DNA of 64,000 nucleotides from Lama guanicoe (taxonomy: Eukaryota): assembly GCA_013239625.1 (NCBI GenBank), contig MU054049.1, forward strand, positions 569,015 through 633,014. Direction: 5' to 3'. Under the pieces are notes generated by a model, which was not told the DNA's origin, searched no databases, and was given only the letters and a program-made list of their open reading frames with translations. Position numbers and translations under genes: made by a program. Below, in pieces: positions 39,387-53,270 of this stretch; the first letter of the stretch is position 1; the number at the start of each line of letters is the position of its first letter.

Positions 39387-39639
39387 GTAGATATGTGGGT
39401 GCAAGATTATTGTTGAGAATTTTCAGCAGTGGATGCTTATGTGGTTTGCAGTTTGAATTTAGCACCACCTAGGTGATCTAAAAAATTTTCCCTAAGATAT
39501 TGAATTTACTCTCATAATGGTAGTGATCATACTATGAATGTGTCTCCAAGCTCTTAGCAAATACAGATTCTCATTGGAGAAACTCATCTCTATCCCAGGG
39601 CTGAAAGTTTTCCTGGAAATAAAATTCGAAGTAAGTAGA

Positions 39640-41290
39640 TCAACTGACAGTCAAAAATGAAAACATACAGAAACTGAGTAAGAACCATGAGCAGGAGACA
39701 GCAGGAGGTCTGCTAGGAAGTAAGAGTAACCAGACATCAAATGTAAACTAACTGCTTAATATGTTTAAAGACATGTTGAAAATATGTCCCAAGGTTAAGA
39801 AGCTGTAAAGAATATCCCCAAAATATTTCTTTTAAAAAGCAGCTGGAACTTATAGAATTGAAAATCATACTAACTTAACTTTAAAAAAGTCCTTAATAGA
39901 TGGGTGTAACCACTCATGTAAACTTGATGAGGGTAGTAATGAACTGAAAGAAACATCTGAAGAAATTATCCTGCATGTATTCAAGAGAAACAGATGAGAA
40001 CTATGAACGAGAAGTTGAGAACTATCTAAGAATAAGCATTTACTTGAATTGGCCTTCCATAAGAGAGAATGGGAACAGTTAACAGGTGAAACGATGATGG
40101 TTAAGAATTTTGTACAACTCATTAACGATGCTAACCTGTGCATTTCAAGAATCACAAGAGCCCAAGCTGGTTAAATAAAAGGAAATTCTCACTTAGCTTT
40201 GTTACAGTGAAACAGCAGAACATCAAAGACGAAGATCTTAAAACTATCTAGAGAGGGAAGAGAGATTCACCTTCAGTGGTGTCACACCCCGAAGACACTG
40301 GAATGGAAATAAAAGGAAAAAACAGTCTAGAATTCTACACCAAGGGAAAAGGTAGGGGGAAATTCAGGCACTTCAAACAGACAATTGGGAAGTCTTCACG
40401 AAAGGAAGTTTTGAAAAGTGTACTCTAGGTAGGAGGAAGGTGATTTTCAAATGAAAGTACTCAATGTACGAAGGCTTGAAAAGAACATGAAGTAATAAAT
40501 ACTTTGGTAAATCTAAACAAGTAATTTGTATAAGACAGTAATTGTGTCCATGAGCTTCTTAAAGTAGAGTTAATATATATGCCAATAATAATATATGTCA
40601 AAGAGGGATGAATATCAGCTTTAGATATTCTAAGTTACTTGTTGGTGAGGAGAGTAAAGATACACAACTTCTCAGAATCTGAGTTAATCAGCATGTATGT
40701 TACAATAAAGATTAGCACCTGAAAGAAACAGAAGGAATAACTTCTGACATAGTGTAGGAAATGGGATAAGGAAAAGAAAAGCATGAAATTCAAAGGAAAA
40801 AAAAGATAGTTTACAGAATAAGTAGAAAATATAAAATGGTGGACATACGTCCAAATATATCAGTAAATATTAAATATAAAATATATTATGCCATTAATTT
40901 TGAATGTCAGACTGGATTTTAAAAATTCAACTATGCAGTTTACCCCCACCCCCACCCAAGAAAAAGGAGAGTGTAAGAAAGCTGAAACTGAAAGGACGGA
41001 GAAAGATTCATCATGCAAACACTAATGTAGATCTTTAAGGCGAAAAACTTTACTAAAAATAAATTGGGTGGTTTCAACTTAATAGGAAACTAAAGCAATT
41101 CTAAATTTTATATACCTGCTACTGTGACCCCAATTACATATTTTGGGGTCGCAGTAGCAGGTATATAAAAGGTATATAAGGTATATATAAGGCCAAAAAA
41201 ATGCAAGGAGGAAAAAAGATGAATCTATAAGAATAACCTGAGAGTTTTCAGCTTTCTCAGTAGTGGATAGAACAAGTAGATAAAACATTG
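39640..41290 (+). mobile_element. Ancient L1/HAL1-like ORF1 to ORF2-start remnant
   Basis: A-rich, with L1-like motifs: acagtgaaacagcagaacatcaaagac, ctagaattctacacca, ttcatcatgcaaacactaat. Confidence 0.55.
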
Positions 41291-41439
41291 ACATAAAACT
41301 TGTTTATAGTATCCTTTTTTATCTGTTTCATGTCTGTAGCATCTGTAGTCACATCCATTTTTTTTCACCACTCATATTGAGAGTTTTGTGCCTTTTTTGC
41401 TAGTCTCACCAGAGGTTTATCAATTTTTTTTTAATTTTC

Positions 41440-42870
41440 AAAAAATTTGAAGTACACAACATAAAATTTAGCATTAGTCACATTGAGTACAATTACAGTG
41501 TTGTGCAAGCATCACCATTATATAGTTCAGGACATTTTTATCACTCCAAAAGGAAGCCCTGTACCCATTAAGTAGCCATTCCTCATTCTCCCCACTCCAG
41601 CTCCTGGCAACCACTTACCTGTTTTTTGTCTGTGTGGATTTGCCTATTCTGGATATTTCACATTAATGCAACCGTTTAATAAGTGCCCTTTTTTGATTGA
41701 TTTCTTTCACTTTCCAGTATGTTTTCAATTCAAGTCATTTCTGTTGTAGTATGTGTGAGTATTTCGTTCCTCTTTATGTCAGAATAACATTCCATTGTAT
41801 GTATATACTGCATTACAACATTTTGTTTATTCATTCATCAGTTGCTGGACATTTGGATTGTTTCCACCTTTTGGCTATTGAGAATAGTGCTGTTATGAAC
41901 ATGGGTGTACACGTTTTTGTTTGAGCACCTATTTGCAGTTCTTTGGTTATATGCCCAGGACTGGAATTGCTGGGTCACATGAAAATTCTATGTTTAACTT
42001 ATTGAGGCACCTACCAACCTGCTTTCCACAGCAGTTGCACCATTTTACATTCCTGTTAGCAATATACAAGTCTTCTAATTTCCCCACATCCCTGCCAACA
42101 AGCACTTGTTATTGTCTGTCTTGTTAATATAGCTAGCCGTCTTGATGGATATGAAGTGGTATTTCATGGTTTTGATTTGCATTTGCCTGATGGTCAGTGA
42201 TGTTGAGTGTTCATGTGCTTCCTGACCATTTGTATATCTTATTTGGTGAAATACTTTTGCTCAATTTTTAATTAGGTTTTTTATTTTTTGTTGTTAAATT
42301 GTAAGAGTTCTTTATATATTCTGAATCCTAAACCTTTGTCAGATATGAGTGGCAAATATTCTCTCCTGTTTTATGAGCTGTCTTTTTACTTTCTTGATAA
42401 TTTCCTTTGATGTAGAGAGTTTTTAATTTGGGTGACGTCCAGCTCATCCTGTTGTTGTTGCTGCTGCTGCTGCTTGTGGTTTTGGTGTCATATCTAAAAA
42501 CCCATTGCCAAGTCCAGGATCAAGAAGACAAACTCCCCACCCTTATGCCGTACCATATTGTTTTGATTACTGTATTTTTGTAGTATTTTGAAAATGTGAA
42601 TCCTCCAACTTTTTCTGTTTGTCTTTTAAAAAAATCCAGCTCTTGGTTTTGCCATTCCCTGTACTGTTTGTTTTGTTTTATTACTTTGTGCTCCCATCTC
42701 ATCTTCATTGTTTTCTTCATTTTACTGTGTATGGTTAAGTTATTTCACTGTTCTTTTTCTAACTTCCTTGGATTAATATTTGGTTTATTAATTTTTACTT
42801 TTTAAAAAGTACCTTTTAAGGGTATAGCTTTCCATCAATATACTATATAACTGTATCCCACAAGTTTTAA
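41440..42870 (-). mobile_element. L1 (L1MA/MB-like) 3' region
   Basis: ttgctggacatttggattgtttccaccttttggctattgagaatagtgctgttatgaacat, ggaattgctgggtca. Confidence 0.85.
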
Positions 42871-43049
42871 TTTTTTTTATTAACTCAATTATGGATGTCA
42901 CTTTTAGTAGTTTTTTGTTTATAATTTACTGTTCTATGCAGATGTTTTTAGTTTTGTCATTCTTTTCCAAGCCTGTTACATAGGCTTTAACAAATCAACT
43001 GGAAAAAGACTTCAAAAAGAGAAAAACTAAAAAGTAAGTAAATACCCTG

Positions 43050-43520
43050 GAAAAGCGTAAGCGAATGTGTATGAGAGATTCTAACAAGAATGTTTATAGA
43101 AGCACTTTTCATCATAGCCCAAAATTGGAAACAGCCTAAATATATCCATCAACGGTAGATTGGTTTAAAAAACTGGTATATTCATACAGTGCAGTGCCTT
43201 TCTACAGACACACACACACATCACAGTTATAACATCAAGTGAAAGCAAACCACCGAAGAATATATGCACAATGGTTTCTTTTGTATGAAATTCAGTAAGA
43301 GGCAAAACTGAAAAATGTAAGTGGGGTAAATACCTAGATTATGAAGCTGTATAAGAAAATCAAAGGAATGGTTTTCACACACTTTAGAATAAATGTTACT
43401 TCTTGTGGATGAGAGAGAAGGATGGTGTTGGGGAGGAATTTCAAGGATCCTGGTAATGGGCGGCAGTTACACTGACATTCACTTTATTTTTTTAAGTGTG
43501 TGTCTAATACATTTTTTGAT
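43050..43520 (+). mobile_element. L1ME-like 3' end
   Basis: caagaatgtttatagaagcacttttcatcatagcccaaaattggaaacagcctaaata. Confidence 0.7.
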
Positions 43521-43565
43521 ATATAATAAATTTCATAGGATGAATTCTTTGTAATTACTGAACCA

Positions 43566-43614
43566 GTAAATCTATAATCTTGATGAAGTGGTAAATCTAT
43601 AATCTTGATGAGTG
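43566..43614. repeat. 25-bp tandem duplication
   Basis: gtaaatctataatcttgatgaagtg followed by gtaaatctataatcttgatga-gtg. Confidence 0.9.
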
Positions 43615-45374
43615 GTTGATTTTTTTTTAAAGGGAAATATAAATAACCAAAGTAGGATCAAAAAAAGTGAGAGACGTGAATTGATAAATGTTATGGAAGT
43701 GGTACCAGGCTAGCTGCTTTTATATGTGAGGTGGAAATCTGACCTACTTTTTAAAAACTGCTCAGCTTTTGTATTGTATAACTGTTAAGATGCCACCACC
43801 TGATCACATTACGGAGATCTCAAAATTGTCACGTCAGCCAGTCTTGTCATCTTCCTGCTTTTCCGGTGTTGCCAGTATATTCCAGTGGACTCCCTGAGTT
43901 GACTTCTGATTACCACCGCGCTTACTTTATAATGTTTTCATTTTCTCAAGTTCCAAAGCTCTCTCCCTCCACTTCCAATCTCATATTGCTCCGCAGGACC
44001 TCGTGTTTTTTTTTCAGTGCTGGAACAGATGCCACTGAATGTGAATCCTTTCAACCTACCTTTCCCTCTTTGCTGGAAGAGGAGTCGTGGGAGATCTTAA
44101 GTGAGCTGGGGCTGTCATAACCCTAACTGGATGGGAGTCCTCAGGCAGAATGTTGGCATCATCATTTTCTTCATTTGGTTCCATAGAAATTCACTCTATT
44201 CTGGTTCCCTTTTCTTCTTTCAATCAAGAGGCTGTCTCCTTGTTTTTACTGCCTGTAGCCCTTCCTCAGAACTTTGTAGTTGGTAGGAAATTTTTCTTAT
44301 CTTCTATAATGGCTTTTACAAATTTACATGTAGTCTGATGGTTATATAGTTTCAAGAAAAATATCATGAGGAGTAGTGTTTGCTTTTAGTATTCATCTTT
44401 AATTGTCCATGAACTCTTGAGTTCCACCTGGACAAATATGTCACCACTTTATCCTTCATCTTTTCCCAGTACTACTGCTTAGGTCTCTACTCTCTTTTAT
44501 AATTGTAATTTACTGTTCCTCTAAACATATACCTTATTATTGTTTTTATAGAAGAGATTGGGACAATAGGACATTTTTCTTACAGAATTAAACTTACTTC
44601 TTTCCCTTATCCACTAGATGGCTCAAGTGTACCACTTTGTCAGCTCATATAGACATTTACTTGCTTTGCCTGTGATTTCTGCTCTCTGATTACTGCTTGC
44701 TTTTAAGTTGTTTGGATGACATCTTATCTGGACCAATCATTCCAGCTTACATGTATGTGATGTCAAGTTTCCCCACATTTTCTGATTATTTACAAATATC
44801 TGAAAAGCAGCTGAAGTGTTCCTTATATAAAACAGTGTATTGCAATGCTTAGATTTTATTTTTTCCTTTCAAGAGCGGTCTTGGACTTGAGTTCACTTGC
44901 CAGTAATCTGTATATAGATTCCCTCAAACTGGGCATACAGTTGTTAACTCAAATTCTTTTTTTCCTGGCTCATAGTCGTTTTGCAGAATATGGTGATACT
45001 TTAGGAGTTTTTGAGGCACATTATGGCTGTTCGATTCAGTTCAGTAGCGGTGTTTATTGAGTGTCCATTGTCTGATACTGTCCTATTAGTAAATACCAGA
45101 TGAATAAACAGAACATGTTTATCAGTATGGAGCCTACTGCATTCATTTTTTTCCTTGAATTTCTGAAGCCGGGTGATTGGTAGAATGAAATGGCTGATGG
45201 AGGTTATGTTTGTAATCAATTATGTGTACTGTAGGAGGAGAATTTTATCTCTATTTTACATTGTCCTTGTTGATATATATGAAAACAAGAATTTTAAAAC
45301 TGTATTCTTTAGAAATATTTTATGCTCACGGTTAGTTAATTTGAGTTGTTCAGTGAAAAGGAAAGGGAACTGAG

Positions 45375-45585
45375 ATTGGCTGAATGCTTATCATGTGCCA
45401 GCTCAGTGTATTATTATTTAATTTGATTCTTCCAATAACCTGGAAGACAAAAAAATCTCCATTTTATGAATGAAAAAACTGAGGAATCAAATGGGTTAAG
45501 TAAGTTGCCCAGAATCAGAGAGCTAGTATGTTTTGAGACCAAATTTGGATCCATATCGTATACCTTCTTTAAAGCTCTCATTCTT
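45375..45585 (-). mobile_element. MIR SINE
   Basis: ctccattttatgaatgaaaaaactgagg...ggttaagtaagttgcccagaatcagagagctagt. Confidence 0.8.
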
Positions 45586-48500
45586 TACAGGCATCTGTGT
45601 AGTATCCTGGGAAGATGATGCTTGCCTCCAGAAAGGGAACTTGGCCTCTTTGAATATACAGGCTTGCTTTTATTCTTTTACTAAAAAAAAAAAAATTTCC
45701 TGAAGTGTCAGAACCATTTTTGATAATTATCTTTACTGGTTAGATACTTCCATATGCTAAAGGCAGAAAACTCCAAGCAATGGATTGATTGATTGCCTTT
45801 GAAAATTGAATTTTTTTTTAAGATCTTTGATGTAAAAAAGTGTTCTTGACAAATTAGAACGATCAGTCATACTGTCTTTTGACAGATAACCTTAGAATAA
45901 TAGTAACTTTGTATAAAATTTGATTTATCCAGAGAAGCCGTTTACTTTTAATCTTATTCTTCAAGCATTGTCTGTGCATATGTATATGTATATACTTAGT
46001 TTACCCATGGTAGTAACTATGAATTACTTTTGTCAGTTTGAAAACACAGTATATGATTTAAGGGAGAATAGCAAGTTATTGATATAAAAATACACAAAGT
46101 ATTAGCAGCATTGTAACTAGATAACAGTTTGTTTCTTTTCATAAAAGTCCTTTGTATTCTCTGTTGTTTAAGGGTTTTGCAGCTAAATTATGTAAAACAG
46201 GAAATAAGATCATTATCCAAGGTTCTTAAAGAATCAAGACTGCAATAAAGTAAAACAAGCAATTAAAAAACTTATTAAAAGGGAGTACTTGATTTCTCTA
46301 TGACTGTAGTATCATTTTTCTTGGCTCTGTAGTCTTTATACTTTTTCACTGTCTCAGTAAACAATCATTAGGTACACATCCTTCAAAGTTGATATTGTAC
46401 TTTCACAACTATTAAAACAAAATAATTAGTACTGTTGATTTGAACTCACTGATACCATTTTGTATCATCAGATTTCAGTTAAATAATGCCATCTTCCCAT
46501 GATCGTAAGTAAATTTATAACTTTCATGTCATCTTATAAATCATCCACACACTGCCTGGATATACAGAGATTTTTTTTTCTCTTTTTATATATTGTCAGG
46601 TGTTGATAATATTATTACCATATTTACAAAATGTTGCCTTGTGTGGAAATTCCAAAACTTTACTAGTTCTTGATAATCAGAATAATGATAAACTAAAGAG
46701 CTTATTTCATCTTTTTGAGGGAAATGTGCAGTTATTCATCTGCCTATAAGAATCTTTGGCAAGGGTATTTTTTAAAAATATATTGAATTCCTAGCCATTT
46801 TGTTGTTGATCGCTCTATATCTAAAAGGTATTTTAGGTATGAATATAAACAAGGAACTTTCAGTTGTCAGGGAACGAGCATGTTCAGTGAGTTACATTTG
46901 TGGTATGACAACTGGATAATAATTATATCTTGTTGAATCAACTCTATTGAAATCTTAATTGCATATTGTATTGTTTAGTTGCTTCCTGATTCAATGAGAA
47001 GTCGCAATATGTAATAATTTTATAGCTAGCAATTCTGCTTCATAGCTTGCAGAATGTCCTTGGTGAATAAAGAAAGCCCACAAAAAATACAAAACAAAAG
47101 AAGAGAATTCTTTGAGAATACAGCTTACCTTGTCTTTTTCCTGTAGTTTGATGTGACTGTGAGTGAATGTCCTTATGTAATAAGAGAGCCCTAGGTATAT
47201 TTTAATGTTTAACCCACTATAACTTACTCTTAGTTGAAAATCAGCAGGTTTTTAAAAACACTTTTCAATATATATTTTAATTCTCTATGTCTTATAAATC
47301 ATTGATTTGTTATTTTGACTTTATTTTACTGTGGTCCATAGGAGAAAAATTTATTGTGACACAGTACACGTTTGTGTTTATGTGTGAAATAAGTAAACGT
47401 TTCACAAATACTTATTAACACGTGAGTTATACTCTGATATTCCCTATTCTCTTCTGTTTCATTTAAGAAAAAATTTGAATCCACTAAACTGATTTCAGTG
47501 ACCCATCAGTGAGTTAGAACTCATAGTTTGGAAAACACTGCCATTTCAACTGAATGATTAGAAGGTGTTAGTTAGTCCAAGAGCCATATGAGGTACCAAG
47601 TCCACAAAGAAAACTTTAATATTGATTGAGATACCGTGGTTATTTGTGCACAGCTCCAGTTAAGACCATTGTAGTTAATAGAAAATACATTTCAAGTTTA
47701 GAGAGATGTCATTAACTAGGATAAAAGATTGATCCTTGGTAATGAAAACATTCTAAATGTGGAAAATCTACATTGTAGACAAATGCAATTTAATTAATTA
47801 TAAGCAACCATGATTATTATCATGTTTGGGAGCATTAGTATATTAGTTATTTTATTTATATTGAATTCTTTGCATATTTTATCTTTGTTTAAACAAGAAA
47901 CTTGACTTTTCTTGGTTGACATGGAAGTTTACAGTTAGGAAGGGGATCAAGATGGCAGAGTAGGAAGACCTTGAACTCTCCTCCTCCCATGAGCACACCA
48001 AAATTATAACCATCTATGAGCAATTATCTGTGAAAAGGACCTGAAGACTAGCAGAAGAGATTTTCCACAACTAAAGATACAAAGAAAGAACCGCACAAGA
48101 CAGTTGGAAGGACAGAGACACAGTCTAGTTGGGATCCACACCCCCATGTTGGCGATGTACAAATAGGAAGGCTTTTACAACCACAGAGTACCTTCCTGAA
48201 GAGTGAGGGGTCCAAGTTCCACATCATATTCCCCACCCAGGGGTCCTGCACTATGAAGATAAGCTCCCAGAACATCTTGCTTTGAAAACGACCAGGACTC
48301 ATGATTGGGAGAGGTGGAAGGATATAGGAAACAGACACTTCACTCTTAAAGGGCACACACAGATCTCACACACACTGAGTCCTAGCACAGAAGCAGTAAT
48401 CTGAAAGGTACCTGGGTCAGACCCACTTACTAATCTTGGAGAGCCTCTTGGAGAAGTAGGAGGCAGCTGGGACTTCCCTGGGGATGCTAGTGGCAGCCAT

Positions 48501-49052
48501 TTGGGGATTTCTTTCTACCCTGTTGACACCAGCACTAGGAAGCACCATTTTGGAATCCTCACTCTAGCCTGTTAATGCTGGGGGCTTGCCCTGCCAGCAA
48601 GCAGCCCATAGCAGTCACTTGGGAAACCTGCCACATGCACCACAGCAACCGCATGAGGCAGGGCCTCACAGCCAATAGGGCCAGGGGCCAGTCCCACCTA
48701 TCAGTGTGCTCACGGTAGTCAGCTCCGCTACAAGGGTGCGTGCAGCCCGCATAGGGGACAGCTCGGAATATTGAGCTATGGTGGCCAGAAGGAAGCATGC
48801 TGCTGGGCCCCACTGGACAGCTCCTGCATAAGGCCACTTTTCCAAGATTTGGGAGACATAAAGAATCTACCTAATACTTAGAAATGAATACAGAGAATTA
48901 GACAAAATGAGGAGACAGAGGAATATGTTCCAAATGAAGGAACAAGACAGAACCACAGAAAAAGAACTAAATGAAATGGATATAAGCAATCTACCCAGTA
49001 AAGAATTCAAGGTAATGATTTTACAGATGCTCAGTGAACTCGGGAGAAGAAT

Positions 49053-49062
49053 GAACAACAAG

Positions 49063-49092
<30 letters not shown>
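49053..49092 (+). repeat. (CAA)n microsatellite inside L1 ORF1
   Basis: aacaacaagaacaacaacaacaacaacaacaacaacaac. Confidence 0.9.
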
Positions 49093-49093
<1 letters not shown>

Positions 49094-50107
49094 CAGTGAA
49101 AATTTCAGCAGAGAGTTAGGAAATGTAACAAAGAACCAGTCAGACCTGAAGAATTTAATAACTGAAATGAAAAATATACTAGAAGGAATCAACAGTAGAA
49201 TAGATAATACAGAAGAATGGATCAGTGATTTGGAAGACAGAGTATTGGAAATCACCCAAGATGAATAGGGGGAAAAAAGAATTTAAAAAATACGTAGTTT
49301 GAGACCTCTGAGAAAACATCAAGTACACTTACATTTGCATTGTAAGGGCCCCAGAAGGAGAAGACAGAAGAGGGGCAGAGAGCCTACTGGAATAAGTAAT
49401 AGATGAAAACTTTCCTAACCTGAGGAAGGAAAACAGACATCCAGGGCCACGGAGCAGAGAAAGTCCTAAACAAGATGAATCCAAAGAGGTCTGCAGGAAG
49501 ACGTAATTAAAATGAGGAAAATTAAAGATAGAGTCTTAAAATCAGGAAGAAAATAGCAACTGGTTATGAACAAGGGAACTCCCACAAGACTATCAACTGA
49601 CTTTTCAGCAGAAACTTTGTTCATCAGGAGGGAGTGGCACAATATATTCAAAGTAATAAAAGGAAAAAACTTAACAACCATGAATACCCTACCTGGCAAG
49701 TCTATCATTCAGAACTGAAGGAGAGTTACAGAGCTTTGCAGACAAGCAAAAGCTGAAAGTCTTCATTCCCACCAAACTGACCTTACAAGAAATGTTAAAG
49801 GGACTTCTCTGAGTGGAACTGAAAAGGCTACAGCTAGAAATAAGAAAGTTACAAAAAGGGAAATCTCACTGGTAGAGGCAAACATACAGTAAAGGGAGTG
49901 GATTAACCACTTATAAAGCATGTAGGAAAGTTAAAAGACAAAGTAGTATAAAAATCGTTTATATCTACAATAGGTAATTAAGGGATACACAGAATAAGAA
50001 GATGTAATATATGAGGTAAAAAACAAAATGGGGTGGAGGGAGAGTAAAAATGTAGTGCTTTCAGAATGTGCTCAAACTTAAGAGACTGAACGAAAACAGA
50101 CTTATTA

Positions 50108-50222
50108 TCTCTCTCTCTATATATGTGTATATATATATATATATATCTCTCTCTATATATATACACATATATATACACATATATATAGTTATATATATAT
50201 ATACATATATATAGTTATATAT
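50108..50222. repeat. Compound (CT)n/(TA)n microsatellite in the L1 inter-ORF spacer
   Basis: ctctctctatatatgtgtatatatatat...acacatatatatagttatatat. Confidence 0.9.
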
Positions 50223-52049
50223 GAACTTCATGGTAACCACAAATCAGAACCTATAATAGATAACATAAAAAATAAAGAGAAAGGAATCCAAACATAGCCC
50301 TAAAGGTAGTCACCAAATTACAAGGGAAGAAAGCAAGAGAGGTAGAAAGGAACAAACTACAAAAACAACCAGAAAGCTATTAACAAAATGGCAGTACGTA
50401 CATACCTATTAGTAATTACTTTAAGTGTGAATGGACTAAATACTCTATTCAAAAGACAAAGTGGCTGAATGGATTAAAAAACAAGACCCATATATATGCT
50501 GCCTACAAGGGACTCTCTTCAGATGTGAAGACACAGACTAAAAGTGAGAGGATGGAAAAAGATATTCCATGCAAATGGAAACAAAAAGCAGTACTTACAT
50601 TAAACAAAATGCACTTTAAAACAAAGACTGTAACAAGAGACAAAGAAAGGCATTACATAGTGATAAAAGAATCAATCCAACAAGAAGACACAACACTTCT
50701 AAATATATATGCACTCAAAATAGGAGCACCTAAGTATATAAAGCAAATAATAATGTATATCAAGGAAGAAATTGACAATAATACAATAATATTAGGGGTC
50801 TTAGCAAATTTTTTTTGGATGTGTCCTCAGGCAAGGGAAACAAAAGAAAAATTAAAGAGGACTGTGTCAAACTAAAAAGCTTTTGTACAGTGCGGGAAAC
50901 CATCATCAAAACAAAAAAGCATCCTACTGACTGTGAGAAGATATTTGCAAATTACCACCCCAATAATAACCTCAATAAGGGGTTATTAATGTACAAAATA
51001 TATTAAGTATTCATACAACCCAATACCAAAAAAAAAAAATCCGATTGAAAAATGGGAAGAGGATCTGAATAGACGCTTTTCCAAAGAAGACATACAGATG
51101 GCCAACAGACACATGAAAAGATGCTCAGCATCACTAATCATCAGGGAAATGCAAATGAAAAACACAGTGAGATACCACCTCATGCCTGTCAGGGTGGTTG
51201 TAATGAAAAAGACAACAGATACCAGATGTTGGTGAGGATGTGGAGAAAAGGGAGCCCTCGTGCACTGTTGGGATTGTAAATTAGTACAGCCACTATGGAA
51301 AACATCATGGAGGTTCCTCAAAACATTAAAAATAGGACTACTAAGGATCCATTAATTTTAAACTCTGGGTACCAAAGAAAACAAAAACACTAACTTGAAA
51401 GATATATGCACCCCTGTGGTTATTACAGCATTATTTACAATAGCCAAGATGTAGAAGCAGCTTAAATGTCCATTAATAGATGAATGGATAACGAATATTT
51501 TTTTAAAATGATATCTTGCTATTTGTGACAACTTAGATGAATCTAGGGAGCATTATGCTAAGTGAAATAAGTCAGAAAGAGAAAGACAAATTCTGTATAA
51601 TTTCACTCATATGTGGAATCTGAAAAACAAAACAAATGAACAAAACAAAACAGACTCATAGATCAGGGAACAATTCAGAGGTTGTCATAGGGGAGGGCAG
51701 GCATGGCAATGGGTAGAATAGATGAAGAGATATGAACTTCCAGTTATAAATAAGTCATGGCGATGTAATATATAGAGCATTAAGGAGTGTGATCAGTAAT
51801 ATTGTAATAGCTTTGTATTGGGACAGATGGTAACTATCAGATTTAGTATGGTGATCATTTTGTAATTAAATGTTGAATCACAGTGTTGTACAGCTGAAAC
51901 TAACATATACATCAACTATATTTCAATAAAAAGTTAATAGGTATGTAGACAACTTTTAGTATAACATAAAAAATATTGAGTGTCATGAGAAGTATGGATA
52001 CAATTCAGATGAAAATTACCATTTCCTGGCTTTATATGATGGCTTATGT

Positions 52050-53270
52050 GGAGTGTAAAGAGATCAAAATAGCAAATATAAACAGTGCTTGAGAAATTTG
52101 GCTGGAGAGGAAGGAGAGAGAGGAGTCAATGGCTAGTGTTTGTTATTGACAGTGAAATAGGGTTTTTAAGTGTGTGTGTATTTTTGTTTAAGATCAGAAG
52201 CGTTATTCAGAGCACTGTTGCATTCTAATAGTGAAGAACGAAGCAAAAAGAAGTATATGGACCCTGGTTTAGTAAAGGGAAGTTATTTTCTGACTTGTTT
52301 TCTCTGGAAAGGAATTGGAGTTATCTACAAGTAAGGTACGGTTGAAGATGTAAAGAGCAGTGAGACTCTGAAATAGACCTTGTAGAAATTAGAGAGGGTA
52401 GCTGACTAGGGAAATCTGGGATTTTCTGCCTAGGTTAGATTGAAGGCCTTGGGTTTATATGCACCGTTGTGGTTTTTGTTCATTCAGCAGCCTAGGTTTA
52501 CACTCAAAAGGAGACAGCTAGTTTGGTCCATGAAATGCAAGTTCAGGTTGGTGCATCAGGAGAGAGCAGAGCAGGGATATTGCCATCATGGTGGTCTAAC
52601 TGATGGGCCATGGAATATAACATGAGGAAGGAAAGAAGTAAAAGCATGGGAGGACCAACAGGAGAGTAGAGTTGTTAAAGGCCTGGGTAGGAGTCTTTAT
52701 GTGCAGATAGTAAGTGAGAGTAACTCAGTGTGAGAACTGATCCTCAAATGAAGGTGTCACTAAAGGGAAATGAACCAGTAGTTTCTTTGGAGAGTTCTAG
52801 CCAGTGTTATTGGGCAAATAGTCCTGCTGATAATAAAAATAGATATGGAAGGAAGAGTGCATTTTGGAAGGAAGATAAGTTTGATTTTCACTATTTAGAT
52901 TTTGAATACCTCTAGAATATGATAGTAAGATGACCAAGAGGCAGTTGAAAATATAGGAGGGAGGTCAGGGCTGAAAACAAAATTGGGAGTCATAATTGAA
53001 TCCATGAATTCACCAGGAAGGGAAATACAGAGAGTGATAAGGTCATCTTAGGTACTGTGTATATTTAACGAGTAAGAGGTAGAGGCAGAGAAAAGGTGCT
53101 TACAGGGTTTGAGCAATTTGCAGAGAAACTCGAGAGGTTAAAGAGGAGTTGACAGAGCAGGCCACCGAATTTGGGAACTCATGAGTGGCTCTCCAGGGGG
53201 GTCAGGAGACAGTGGAACATGAAAGGAGATTGTAAGGATGTGAGGATTAACTGACTTTTTGGCAGTATGT
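52050..53270 (-). mobile_element. L2 LINE fragments (ancient)
   Basis: ttgagaaatttggctggagagg, gataagtttgattttcactatttagattttgaatacc...gaggcagttgaaaatatagg. Confidence 0.55.

Larger units (their letters stand above)
47938..51930 (+). mobile_element. L1 retaining 5' UTR, ORF1, EN domain and 3' end but lacking central ORF2; inactive
   Basis: Starts ggaaggggatcaagatggcagagtagg. ORF1 begins at 48907 (MRRQRNMFQMKEQD). ORF2 EN begins at ~50388 (atggcagtacgtacatacc...aatggactaaa). Sequence jumps to the C-terminal region at ~50798 and ends ...caactatatttcaataaaa. Degenerate TSD aagtttacagtta (47925) vs aagttaataggta (51931), 10/13 identical. Confidence 0.9.

Noticed and set aside
48867..49255. Poly-Leu, poly-Cys and poly-Asn ORFs
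   Set aside because: These are translations of the (CAA)n microsatellite in L1 ORF1.
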